In this document: one piece after another, positions 14,138 to 25,615 of the stretch
Numbering within the stretch: position 1 is the stretch's first letter
Layout of the letters: every line of letters begins with the position of its first letter
NCBI GenBank assembly: GCA_951406725.2
Contig: OX597821.1
Coordinates: forward strand, 31,186,001 to 31,250,000
Source: Octopus vulgaris
Lineage: Eukaryota
Direction of reading: 5' to 3'
DNA length: 64,000 nt
Made by a program: the position numbers and the translations under genes
The notes under the pieces: generated by a model
Databases searched by the model: none
Told to the model about the DNA's origin: nothing
Seen by the model: the letters and a program-made list of their open reading frames with translations, nothing else

Positions 14138-15139
14138 TATAAATATAAGAGAGTGGTCACTATATGGCTCACTCTAGCACCAGTTAATCCAAAAGGTTTC
14201 AACCACAAAAATACATGTTTCCCATGAAAGTCAGTACGATTGTTAGCTCACACGGACAGGGCAAATAAAAAATAACAAATACAGATTATTTTGGGACAAT
14301 TGTTTCGCTATTAATGAATTAAATGTAATTTTACTTACAATAAAATCCACTTGTAGCTCTTCAGCCAAAACTATCTGGATGAAATCCACTCAATCACACG
14401 CCAGATTTTACCATAACGATAAATACGCGTGTGGTTCAATTGATTACATCCGACGTTATAATTCAAATGCCCCAACTAACAGCGCGCCAAACTTTCACGG
14501 AAAACAAATACAGCATTTAGAAATAAATGCAGCATAATTATAATTAATTAATAAGGGTGAGAGAATTAGATACTAATTTAATAGTATATCTATTCTACAC
14601 CAAGTGGCCTAGTGCTTCGAGAAACCTGGATTATTATAATATTTTATAATATATTACAATATTTTTACAAAATAAATATAAGAGAGTGGTCACTATATGG
14701 CTCACTCTAGCACCAGTTAATCCAAAAGGTTTCAACCACAAAAATATATGTTTCCCATGAAAGTCAGTACGATTGTTAGCTCACACGGACAGGGCAAATA
14801 AAAAATAACAAATACAGATTATTTTGGGACAATTGTTTCGCTAATAGCGAAACAATTGTCCCAAAATAATCTGTATTTGTTATTTTTTATTTGCCCTGTC
14901 CGTGTGAGCTAACAATCGTACTGACTTTCATGGGAAACATATATTTTTGTGGTTGAAACCTTTTGGATTAACTGGTGCTAGAGTGAGCCATATAGTGACC
15001 ACTCTCTTATATTTATTTTGTAAAAATATTGTAATATATTATAAAATATTATAATAATCCAGGTTTCTCGAGCACTAGGCCACTTGGTGTAGAATAGATA
15101 TACTATTAAATTAGTATCTAATTCTCTCACCCTTATTAA

Positions 15140-15148
<9 letters not shown>
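14133..15148. mobile_element. PLE-type tandem plus inverted pseudo-LTR element
   Basis: Direct repeat 14140-14310 = 14673-14843 (offset 533); near-perfect palindrome 14539-14843/14845-15148; (TA)n on both sides; carries an HHR. Confidence 0.85.
14289..14370 (-). ncRNA. Type I hammerhead ribozyme
   Basis: UUUUGG CUGAAGA GCUA-(long loop)-UAGC GAAAC AAUU GUC| CCAAAA; canonical core, palindromic stem III loop, GUC site at 14295. Confidence 0.9.
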
Positions 15149-15176
<28 letters not shown>

Positions 15177-15293
15177 AATCAAGGAACGGGCATAATAGGC
15201 CATTCACCCACTAGAAATAACAGCCAAAGCTTCAACCGCAAAATAACATTAATTCCGCAAACCAGGAGAAAATTAAAAAACATTTACCCTGTA

Positions 15294-15400
15294 ATTTCTT
15301 ATACGATGCACCGTTTCATCTACTGTTTAATGGTAAACTAACCTGATTAAATTAAATCAAGCCAATCTTCCATAGGCCCTTAGATTCGTCAGTAAGAAAT
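15294..15400 (-). ncRNA. Type I hammerhead ribozyme (left arm)
   Basis: Reverse complement copy of 15691-15795 with intact core and stems. Confidence 0.88.
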
Positions 15401-15690
15401 AGCCAGATCGGAACAGATATTTTCACGAGGCATTTCTGTCCCTGCCTCGGCAATATCTGACCTAAAATTTTCAAATCATCGCACTCGCGCCAAATTTATC
15501 GGCAGCAAATAAATATAAGCCGCCGATTCCATTATGAATTTTCTGGTTGATTCCGTAATGGAATCGGCGGCTTATATTTATTTGCTGCCGATAAATTTGG
15601 CGCGAGTGCGATGATTTGAAAATTTTAGGTCAGATGATTGCCGAGGCAGGGACAGAAATGCCTCGTGAAAATATCTGTTCCGATCTGGCT

Positions 15691-15795
15691 ATTTCTTACT
15701 GACGAATCTAAGAATATGGAAGATTGGCTTGATTTAATTTAATCAGGTTAGTTTACCATTAAACAGTAGATGAAACGGTGCATCGTATAAGAAAT
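15691..15795 (+). ncRNA. Type I hammerhead ribozyme (right arm)
   Basis: AUUUCUUA CUGACGA AUCUA-(long loop)-UAGAU GAAAC GG-UGCA-UC GUA| UAAGAAAU; 8-bp stem I, 5-bp stem II. Confidence 0.9.
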
Positions 15796-16014
15796 TACAG
15801 GGTAAATGTTTTTTAATTTTCTCCTGGTTTGCGGAATTAATGTTATTTTGCAGTTGAAGCTTTGGCTATTTCTAGTGGGTGAATGGCCTATTATGGCCGT
15901 TCCTTGATTGTGATGTTGAACTTATAAATGGTCTATGACTATTTAATTTTTTTCCTACTAGGCCGCTGGTGGCAAAAAAATTCTACAAATTTTTTTTTGC
16001 CACCCTATATTGAT

Positions 16015-16065
<51 letters not shown>

Positions 16066-16175
16066 TTCTCACTCTCTGTATGCGTTTATAGAAACATACG
16101 CGCACACATACACACACATACACACACATACAGTCACACACTCACATATGGTCTCACTCATACATATATGTGTAT

Positions 16176-16249
<74 letters not shown>

Positions 16250-16892
16250 GTGTGTATGTGTGAGGAATAAGCATCTAGGAAAATGCAGAAAATATACAGG
16301 AAACACTTTTCCACTCATTTACATAGTGCACGTGTTCTTATTTTGGATGTCTTATTAAAATGCGCAATGAAATTAACAATAACGTTCAATGTGAATTAAT
16401 GATATAAAGTAGATGTGGAAAAATACCCTTGTTATAGTCTATTTTATATCTTGCTTTAAATTCTTGGATTTATTCTGGTTAATTATAAAGTCAAATATTC
16501 AAGTCGAAATTATTCTGCTATGTCCAATGTTCGTTCATTTCATACATTGAAACGGTATGATTGTCGTCAGTGGGTGAAAAGAAACGGATAGTATATAAAT
16601 TATAATAAAACATTACTTTCGTAGGTGTAAAATTTAACAAATATATTTAAAGTAGTGACATAAAAAGCAAGCATATTATTACAATAGATATTTATCCGAT
16701 ATTCCGTGGCTTCTCTTCAATTTAATTGTGTCTAATGAAATTCTGGAATAAGCTGCATCAAGATATTATAATACGAAGATCTACAATTAGCAATATACTT
16801 CTGAAATAAATAAATATTTTCCATTTGAGTCTCCTAGCTTGTTTATTTCTTTACATTTCTTTACTTTCGTTGAATATTTGATGCGCGTTCGC

Positions 16893-16937
<45 letters not shown>

Positions 16938-17294
16938 CACACAATTTGAACATGAAGTTTACTATTTTTATCTATAAATGAACAGATTCCGGATGTAGTA
17001 TTTTAGTTGTATTGAGTCTTATGATTTATTAATATTTAAAACAATTATTTTTTATTGTTGTGTCTAGTCTCTTTTCCGTTAAGAACCATTATATTATTGA
17101 TTTTGAAATAACAATATTTTAAACCAAAATAAAGCGATTTTTAAACCACTACAACGGTATATGATGTAAACAGTTTTTTTTCTCCTTTTAATCAAAGAAA
17201 TATAGTATCGTTTATTGTCATTACTATGAACAGATTCTAAAATGTTTATATCACTTTTCTTCTGTTTAATATAGTAATATATATATATATATAG

Positions 17295-17591
17295 CACGTG
17301 ATCACGTGACCGACCGGACCCTCAGATGTTGCTACACATTGCTGGTCACAATGCGTTCGCATTGCTTTAGCCTTCGAATGACACCACTCCGCTGGCTAAG
17401 CGAGCAGGCCAACAGAAGAAAGAGTGAGAGAAAGTTGTGGCGAAAGAGTACAGCAGGGATCGCCACCACCACCTGTCGGAAACGCGTGGAGCTTTAGGTG
17501 TTTTCGCTTAATAAACACTCACAACGCCCGGTCTGGGAATCGAAACCGCGACCCACGACCGCGAGTCCGCTGCCCTAACCACTGCGCCTCC
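17295..17591 (-). mobile_element. SINE family B, tail type 2
   Basis: Reverse complement of head at 5749; tail homologous to 52865-52995. Confidence 0.9.
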
Positions 17592-17606
17592 ATATATATA
17601 TATGTA

Positions 17607-19281
17607 CACTTGCGTCGGAAATTAATTAGCACTTCTCAAATTTCTACATTTTCTTACATTTTCTTAATTTAATTAGCTTATCAGAAACGAACTCGTTTTT
17701 AATCAAAAATTTATTAAAACATATCCCAGCACACCACATAATTGTTATTAATCGTGAAATTTAGTCAATATCTTGTTGCTCCTCCTTTGGCAGCAATGAC
17801 AGCTGCTACGCAGGTCGGCATGCTGTCTATGAGTGCCTGCAGGTACTGTGCAGGGATGGCCCTCCATGCAGCAAGAAGTGCCCCAAACAGCTCGTGTCGC
17901 TTCCTGTATTGCTGCACATTCAAATCACTACCCAATGGACTCCAGAGGTTCTCAATAGGGTTCAGGTCAGGTGATTGGCCAGGCCAGTCCATGACCGTCA
18001 CCCCATGGTCCTTGAAGAAACCGGTTGTGAGCTTGGCTGTGTGGGAAGGCGCGTTGTCCTGCTGGAGCAGTACTCCTCGCCACCAAAGAGGTATCCCGTA
18101 CTATCTCAACGTACTTTGCTGCGTTGATGTTGCCTTCGACGGCATAGAGCCGCCCAACACCACTGTAGCTGAACGCCCCTCACACCATCAGACCACCCCC
18201 ACCATGTTTCATGGTGGGAGCAATGCAGTCTTTGTTGAAGCGCTCACCCCTGCAGCGTCGCACTTGGACAGGCTTGTCACTGACGAGACTGAATCGCGAC
18301 TCGTCAGTGAACATCACTGTCTGCCACTGCTGCACGGTCCATGTCTTGTGGGCACGGGCCCTGAGCAGCCGCCTCTTCCGGTTTTGGGCTGTAAGGAGCG
18401 GCTTCCAGTAATCTGGTCTTGACAGTGGTTGTAGACAAGTGCTTCCTTGTCATCTTTTGCATCTCCTCCGCCAGTTGCCGGCTCGTTGCCCTTTGGTTGT
18501 ACAGTGACTTTCGGATCAGCATCCGGTCCTCCTGCTGGGTCGTCAGCCTCTTCCGTCCCCTACCCTTTTTGTCAGCTGCTGATCTGGTTTCCTCGTATTT
18601 CTTAAATAAGCACTGAATTGTGCGCCTGGCTACACCAAGTTTTCTGGCTATTGCAGCCTCCGACAGCTTCCCACGCCACGAGAGAGCCTCGTACCGTCTC
18701 TCCAAGGTCATGCGAGGTCCTGGGCCCATGTAGGAATGAACGATAAAAACCAGTTATTTTCATTAAAACTATTCATTTGAATAATGTTATGCTCTAACAA
18801 AACTGCTATGAGTTATTATTCATTAAACAAAAAAGAAAGAAAGCAGAATTTCTCACCTTATTTGATGTATAACAGAAAGTTTTGTGAACCGGAAGTGACG
18901 TCATCAAGCAGAGTGTAGGAGAATTTGTGAGGAAAAAGAATCTTGCAAATACATAAATCAATTAACCTACGAGCTGTTCAAAACGTCTTACGCGATGAGA
19001 AAACTTAGTACGGTGTGATTTCGGTCCTTGCGAGGCGCTACCTATATCTATTAAACAAAGGAAGATTTGTCTGCATCCGCACTCCAAGTTTTTGTTGCAC
19101 TGCTATGTCCACATCATTAGGCTGTAGACTCTCAAACTGCTCTGCAAACAAAGTTACGTCATCGCTCTGCACAACAGTGAACTCACAACAAAGCAATAGT
19201 TCGAGATATGGCCATTAGGTGACAGCAAATACCTTGAGTGAAGAGCAAATCAAGGGTGCTAATTAATTTCTGACGTTAGTG
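17607..19281 (-). mobile_element. Tc1-family DNA transposon with both TIRs
   Basis: TIRs cacttgcgtcggaaattaattagcac / gtgctaattaatttctgacgttagtg; TA on both sides. Confidence 0.95.
17765..18729 (-). pseudogene. Tc1 transposase, frameshifted
   Basis: HTH IARKLGVARRTI...GRKRLTT; VMFTDESRF, QQDNAPSH, WPGQSPDLNPIENLW. Confidence 0.92.
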
Positions 19282-20099
19282 TATATATATATGACTCTAT
19301 GTGTCCCACTGCAGCAGCCGAATTAGTGGGTATTGAACCCAATATAAAACGCTGCACAGATTATGTAAAGTATGCAAATCTTGAAGTAGATAAAGTCTCT
19401 TTACAACATTTTCTAACGTATCACATTTCACAACGTGCTTAGAGCCAGATATTTGTTTCCTTTATACAAAAGCAAAATCTTCAAATCAGATGATGCTTCA
19501 TATGCAATACGAATGCTATATATTAACGTAGGATATGATTTTATGATTAACAAAAAGTCATTTCCGTAGCGTTAACGCACGTCTTCTGTATATACTGCTA
19601 TAGACAGGCAAGCAAATATTTTGTGTACAATATCAAAGTTATGCTATCATACAAAATTATCCCGCGATCGGCGTATGAGAAAATATGTAACCATTTGCTA
19701 ATTACAGGACTGCATCTTGCGATTGGAATACCTGATTGCGATTGTTTATTTCATATACAAAGATGATGTGAAATATCAGTCGAATATTATTACACTCGCA
19801 AGGAATACTATATTTATACAAAAAAAAGTGGAATATATTGAGTTCAATGTTAGGCTGAGGAGTATTTAAGACATAAAAGAGAGGTTTGCGTTCCCTAAAA
19901 ATAGTAAAATCGAAGAATGTATGAACTTATGAGATGATTTTCAAACTAAAAGGTTACAACTCATGTAAATATAGAGAGGAAATATAGAGCGCAAAAAATA
20001 TTAAAACTATACGATGGAAAATATTAACATTTATTTGATTCTGGTATGATGTTACGTCGACTTTCATACACACACATACATGTATATATGTATGAAGAT

Positions 20100-20262
20100 T
20101 GGTAGGTAGGTAGGTAGGTATGTATGTAGGTAGGTAGGTAGCTAGGTAGGTAGGGAGGCAGGCAGGCAGGTAGGTAGGTAGGTAGGTAGGTAGGTAGGTA
20201 GGTAGGTAGGTAGGTAGGTAGGTAGGTAGGTAGGTAGGTAGGTAAGTAAGCAGGTAGGTAGG
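20100..20262. repeat. (GGTA)n tetranucleotide microsatellite
   Basis: Direct reading. Confidence 0.95.
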
Positions 20263-20929
20263 AGGCTACCTATATACTGGGTATTAAGACTGTAAAATCC
20301 GATTACATTTAGGTATTAGAATTTAAATCAGAGTATGTATAAAGGTGTATATCCAAGTAAACTTTAAATGCGAGGAAGATCTATTATATATTATGGCTTA
20401 TTATTTGATGACTGAGACATATGTTATGAATGAAAGGTTAATTGTATTATTAATTGAAATCGATTTTATGAGGGGGCAGCATTGCTTGTAAAACTTTGGA
20501 ATCTTTCATGTGACGATATATTGATTGAGGGGACAAAGTGGATGAGAGAGGCGCAGGAGCTCAATGGAACAAAATGAATTATGACATTGGTTATATTGAA
20601 AAGAACATGCAAGAACTGCATTCATTTATTATATAACTTTAAAACGCATTTCAAATACACGCCTATTGTCGCATACATTTATACACGTTTAATGAACCCT
20701 CGTAATTTCATAAACATTCCCTCTGAAACTCTGGCAAGTGTTTATCTTTTTCAGTTTGAAACAAAGAGGAAGAGTGAGGAAGTATATACTCATAACATTT
20801 ATGGAACTTAGTATAACCTCCTCCGTATTCAGTGCAGCAGACTGATTAAAACATCACACGTATAATCTAATGTTCTCTAACGAATCGTTTAATAAAGATA
20901 GCACTCAATTATTACGTTTTTTTCTACAG

Positions 20930-21109
20930 AGATATTTTGTCCTGTGCGGCTTCACGCAATATATCTTCCAAAGTTTCTCTTGCAGAAGTCAATACAAATA
21001 ATCCCTATGCATTTGATGAATGGGAATTGAAAATATACAAAACGACCTTGCATAGCAAACTGGATATGTTGAATAAATATTACTTTAATGATAGATTGTT
21101 TGTTTTCAA
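20930..21109 (+). CDS. Candidate 180-bp coding exon, product unknown
   Basis: ttttttttctacag acceptor, gtaaac donor; open frame DILSCAASRNISSKVSLAEVNTNNPYAFDEWELKIYKTTLHSKLDMLNKYYFNDRLFVF; phase 2 at both ends. Confidence 0.45.
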
Positions 21110-21329
21110 GTAAACAATCCACGTTCTTTAACAAATCACAACAATATTTTCTGAAATTGATATATTTAATTTACCGAAAAATTTACATCGAAATTTAATG
21201 CCATCTCATTTAACACTTTAATTGCTCAAAATTAAATATTTTAGATGATTCATTTCCATAATGTACATATTTCTGTGCATTTAAATAAATAAATTAAAAC
21301 AGTTTTGAAACATCATAGAAATTTTAAAG

Positions 21330-21518
21330 CTGCTTATTTGGAAAGACAGATCATGCCCAAAAATATGAAAATGTTAAACCAACAAAGAAAGCTTTCTGTA
21401 GATTTTGGAATCCAACTGATGCAGTAGAATAATGTAGTTATAGACTCACAATAGATGTACAAAACATATCTCACTCGGTCCTGACATTGTTTAAGCATCA
21501 ACACTAATATAAACAATC
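21330..21518 (+). pseudogene. Candidate following exon: terminal at TAA 21430-21432, or a pseudo-exon with two stops
   Basis: ttttaaag acceptor in phase with the previous exon: CLFGKTDHAQKYENVKPTKKAFCRFWNPTDAVE*; gtatgt donor at 21519 also phase 2. Confidence 0.4.
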
Positions 21519-21532
21519 GTATGTTACATATA

Positions 21533-21673
21533 GGCGCAGAAGTGGCTGTGTGGTAGGTAGCTTGTTTACCAACCGCAGTGGCACCTTGGGCAAATGTTTT
21601 CTACTATAGCCTCGGGTCGACCAAAGCCTTGTGAGTGGATTTGGTAGACGGAATCTGAAAGAAGCCCGTCGTA

Positions 21674-21724
<51 letters not shown>

Positions 21725-21950
21725 ATATATGCGCGTGTGTGTTTGTGCGTCTGTGTTTGTCCCCCTAGCATTGCTTGACAACCGATGCTGGTGTGCTTAT
21801 GTCCCCGTTACTTAGCGGTTCGGCAAAAGAGACCGATAGAATAAGTACTGGGCTTACAAAAGAATAAGTCCCGGGGTCGAGTTGCTCGAGTAAAGGCGGT
21901 GCTCCAGCATGGCCGCAGTCAAATGACAAGTAAAAAGAGAAAAAGAGAAA
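21533..21950 (+). mobile_element. tRNA-derived SINE family C with internal (TA)n/(TG)n
   Basis: ggcgcagaagtggctgtgtggta head; ccttgggcaa CORE-like segment; tail ggcggtgctccagcatggccgcagtc. Confidence 0.88.
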
Positions 21951-22455
21951 GATATACGTAGCATCACAAGCTCGCGTTACACATTGGATAGCATGATCAA
22001 CATAAAGTAAGCTACGCACGTTAGTAGCTTTTACAGTAAGCCAAAGGGGGAAACCTCAGAATGGAAGCAGAATATCTCACAAATATCAATATTATTTAAA
22101 GAAATATACCCAGTACACATACTACACATTCCTCGGTGAACACAATCAAAATTCATCACATAATCAGATGCTCATTTCTTCTAGAAGCTTCAGATACATA
22201 TTTTATGATACGAGGTGATATTTAACAGGTTGCAAGTGTTCTTTATTTTCTTTTTTGATTGCTTGCTCTAGGGACAAGGAAAGTGTTAAACGTGCGTACC
22301 TGAAGACGGGAATTTCTCGATAACTGATGACGAATGATGGGTTTTCTGTTTGCCTCCTGTTTGTTTTTACATTCAGTATTCGTTATGTTGTTTGTTTATG
22401 CATCTGTTCATTCATTAATTGAATGCAACAGACCCTGAATGTGTATTAATAAATA

Positions 22456-22528
<73 letters not shown>

Positions 22529-22562
22529 TTATATATGTATGTATTTATATATGTATGTACAT

Positions 22563-22642
<80 letters not shown>

Positions 22643-22739
22643 GGAGCCACCTCTATGAACATACACATAGTGAGCAGTGTTCCACTGGACACTGTCTCTT
22701 GACCACTGCTTTTTCTAGTGGCCCTCTCATATATGCCCT

Positions 22740-23760
22740 CAAACGCCCGGATAGCACCCTTGCAAGCTATGCCGATGATACGATAGTCTTTCAGAAAATA
22801 CAGAACCCCCAGCGATATTGCACACCTGCAGCAGGATTTGGACTCAATTTACAGATGGGCTGAGGATCATAATATGCAGTTTAATGCAGAAAAATTCTAA
22901 ACCCTGCGCTACCAGCATCCAAAACTGAATATGAACTTTACAGGTGACGTTGTCCACAGGGAATTTCAATCCCAGAGCCTAAGTCAGTGAGGGACTTCTG
23001 TATCGACATGATTGATGATACCTCTTACCGGGATGGCGACAAGGTGCAGACAATTGACTTGATGGATCCTAAGAACATTCAGGACCAGAGATACGGAAAC
23101 CATGATGGGTCTCTGGCAGACATTCGTCCTCAGCCGCCTGGATTACTGCTCACAGCTATGGTCACCCATCAGTGTGAAATTAATAGCGGATCTTGAAGCA
23201 ACCCAGAGAAGATTCACAAAGAAGATCGTCTCTTTGCCACAGCTAAGCTACTGGGAAATGTTGAAACAGTTAAGACTCTACTCTCTGGAGAGAAGACGGA
23301 AGCGGTATGCAGTAATTATATCAGGAAGATCCTGGAAGGAATTGTGCCAAATCCTGGAAGATCCAGGAAGGAATTGTGTCAAATTTTCTTATTGAAAGTT
23401 ACACCAATGCCAGAACGGGACGACACTGCATATTGCCAAAGGTCCCGGTAATACCATCACGCTTCAGGACCAGTTACTGCAACAGCCTGCTTTTCAAGGG
23501 CCCACAGCGTTTTAATATTCTCCCAAAGAGTATGAGGAACATGCACAAAGTAGATGTAGGGGATTTAAAATTAAAGATGGACCTGTTGCTGTCGAGAGTC
23601 CCAGATGAACCTTCCTCACGGTAAGAGGTGCAAATGAGGGTAGCTATATAAAACTCCATGCTTTACCAAGTGCCACATATTAGAGGAGGCTCTTAGTAAT
23701 AACAATGTAGCAAAACGGCGGTGCATCAGCATGGCCATAGCTCTGAGATGAAACTAGAGA
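22740..23760 (+). mobile_element. 5'-truncated CR1-like LINE (RT C-terminus plus 3' UTR)
   Basis: YADDT; MQFNAEK; RLDYCSQLWSP...LEATQRRFTK...SYWE.L..L.LYSLERRR; frameshifts and stops. Confidence 0.9.
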
Positions 23761-23913
23761 AAAAAATATATATATATACATTAGAAAAATACACATTTTA
23801 TCAAAATGAAACATTAAATTACACCATGTAGAAAATTACATATAATAGAAATATAAAAAATAATATAAAAAATATACCGATGATTCAGTAACATGCAAAA
23901 TAATTAATAAAGC

Positions 23914-23957
<44 letters not shown>

Positions 23958-24204
23958 TCTACTACAGCATTCTAATCACATCCGTTTAGTAACGGAGAGT
24001 TTACATCTCAATGTGATAAACTAGCAACTTGACCTTGAGAGGGCCCCGGATCTCCGAGCTGCATAGTTTCCAGTAATGTTACTCTAGAGATCCTCTTGAG
24101 AATCGTACCCTTACACAGCATAAATGATCACAATTGAGAGTAGGCTTGGAACCCAACTGGTGATAGCCATAACCTATAAATCTCTACAAAGCCGTATGAT
24201 AAGA

Positions 24205-24612
24205 AACGTCCTTCCCAACCACACCACTTCGGGTTCAGTCCCACAGCGTAGCACATTGGACAAGTGTCTTCTGCTATAGCTTTGGACCGACCGTAATCAT
24301 TGAGATTGGTTTTGGTAGAGAGGAGCTGGAAAAGCCCATCGTATATATATATGCGTGTGTGTTAGCGTGTGTGTGTGTCAGAGTGTGTATGTGAGAGTGT
24401 ATCTATTTATGTGTGTGTCTTTGTGTCTCTACATGTCCCCCATCATCGCTTGTTAACCGATGTTGGTGTGTTTACATTCCTGTAAATTAGTGATAGGATA
24501 AGTAATAGGCTTACAAAAAATAATGCCTGGGGTAGATGCATTCGAATAAAATCATTTTAAGTTGGTGCTCCAGCATGCCCGAAGTAATCTGACTAAAACA
24601 AGTAAGAAAATA
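24205..24612 (+). mobile_element. SINE family C, diverged
   Basis: Homologous to 21533-21950. Confidence 0.8.
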
Positions 24613-25171
24613 AAGCAATACATTTATACTGTACGTATAGGTCGATTTCATTCCCTTAGCATTCGTATCTAAGTGTCTAAGTCTGGCTTCGTATACCAAA
24701 TTGACTAAAGTGTCTACACTCAGGTAAAATGAGAAGGTGTCTACTTTACATTTAAATGGCAACAAATACTTTGTTTTTAATTATACGTCATGCGGTTGGA
24801 AAATGACTTGCCATTTATTCTTGCCAAGTTTGAAGTACCTACTTTTTACCCGTGTTATCTTACTTATAATTCCATATTCCATGGTGAACACAATCAAATT
24901 TCATTACGTAATCAGCTGCACCTTTCCTCTAGAAGCATACAGCGTTTTTGTTCTCTTTTAATTTTTCATTGCTAGCTCTAGGGACGAGTACAGGGTTTGG
25001 GTTGTTTGCTGATTCAAATATAGTTGTAGAATGATTCAGTTCTACATTCAGTTGTAACATTCATTCGTACTACTGCAAATATCAGCAGGAAAGCGTGAGC
25101 CAGAGTGTGTGTTTTCTAGTGTGAATGCTCTAGTCTATAGTTCATCGCTTCTGTACTTGGAAGTGAATTTA

Positions 25172-25615
25172 GGATCTTTTCCTTTTGAACGGTAGTTTTT
25201 AACATACTTTCTAGATAACTAAAAAAGTTTAAACTTCGTATACTGGTAGAATGTGTTTATAAAACACCTTGTTCTCTTGGCTTTGTTGAGAAAATTCTAT
25301 AGTTTGTAAGATATTTGTTGTTGTTCTTTCTTCAATGTCTGCAATTTCAACCAATCACTGACGTCTATTGAGGTAAAAAACATTCTGTGCCGTATGAATA
25401 TGTCCCTCGTTTAAGAAACAGATTGGGTTTATTTACATTTGTGAAGAAAAAAATATACTTTTCCCCCACCTCTAACCCTAACCCTAAATAACCCTAACTA
25501 AGCCTAACACTAAAACAGATTGAAATGCAATAGATCGATACTAGGGTCATAATTATGGATGACAATTTCATATGACACCGCTAGAAAAAAACTGCCGTCC
25601 AAACCGAAAAGATCC
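25172..25615. mobile_element. MITE (444 bp) with GGATC-ended TIRs, 7-bp TSD and internal telomere-like repeats
   Basis: TIRs ggatcttttc..tttgaacgg.agttttt / aaaaaactgccgtccaaaccgaaaagatcc; TSD gaattta (25165/25616); CCCTAA-like run at about 25470-25510. Confidence 0.88.

Larger units (their letters stand above)
15172..16020. mobile_element. PLE-type element with inverted pseudo-LTR arms (about 360 bp) and 3' tail
   Basis: 15172-15534 is the reverse complement of 15556-15914; tail 15915-16020 ends in hairpin ggtggcaaaaaaa/ttttttttgccacc; flanked by (TA)n. Confidence 0.85.

Noticed and set aside
17742-18422. 226-aa plus-strand ORF, the longest in the window
   Set aside because: Antisense shadow of the Tc1 transposase
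22297-22345. ctgaagacggg...ctgatgacg hammerhead-like motifs
   Set aside because: No GAAA core or pairing stems; at most a decayed pLTR remnant
25470-25510. Interstitial telomere
   Set aside because: Short, degenerate and internal to a MITE
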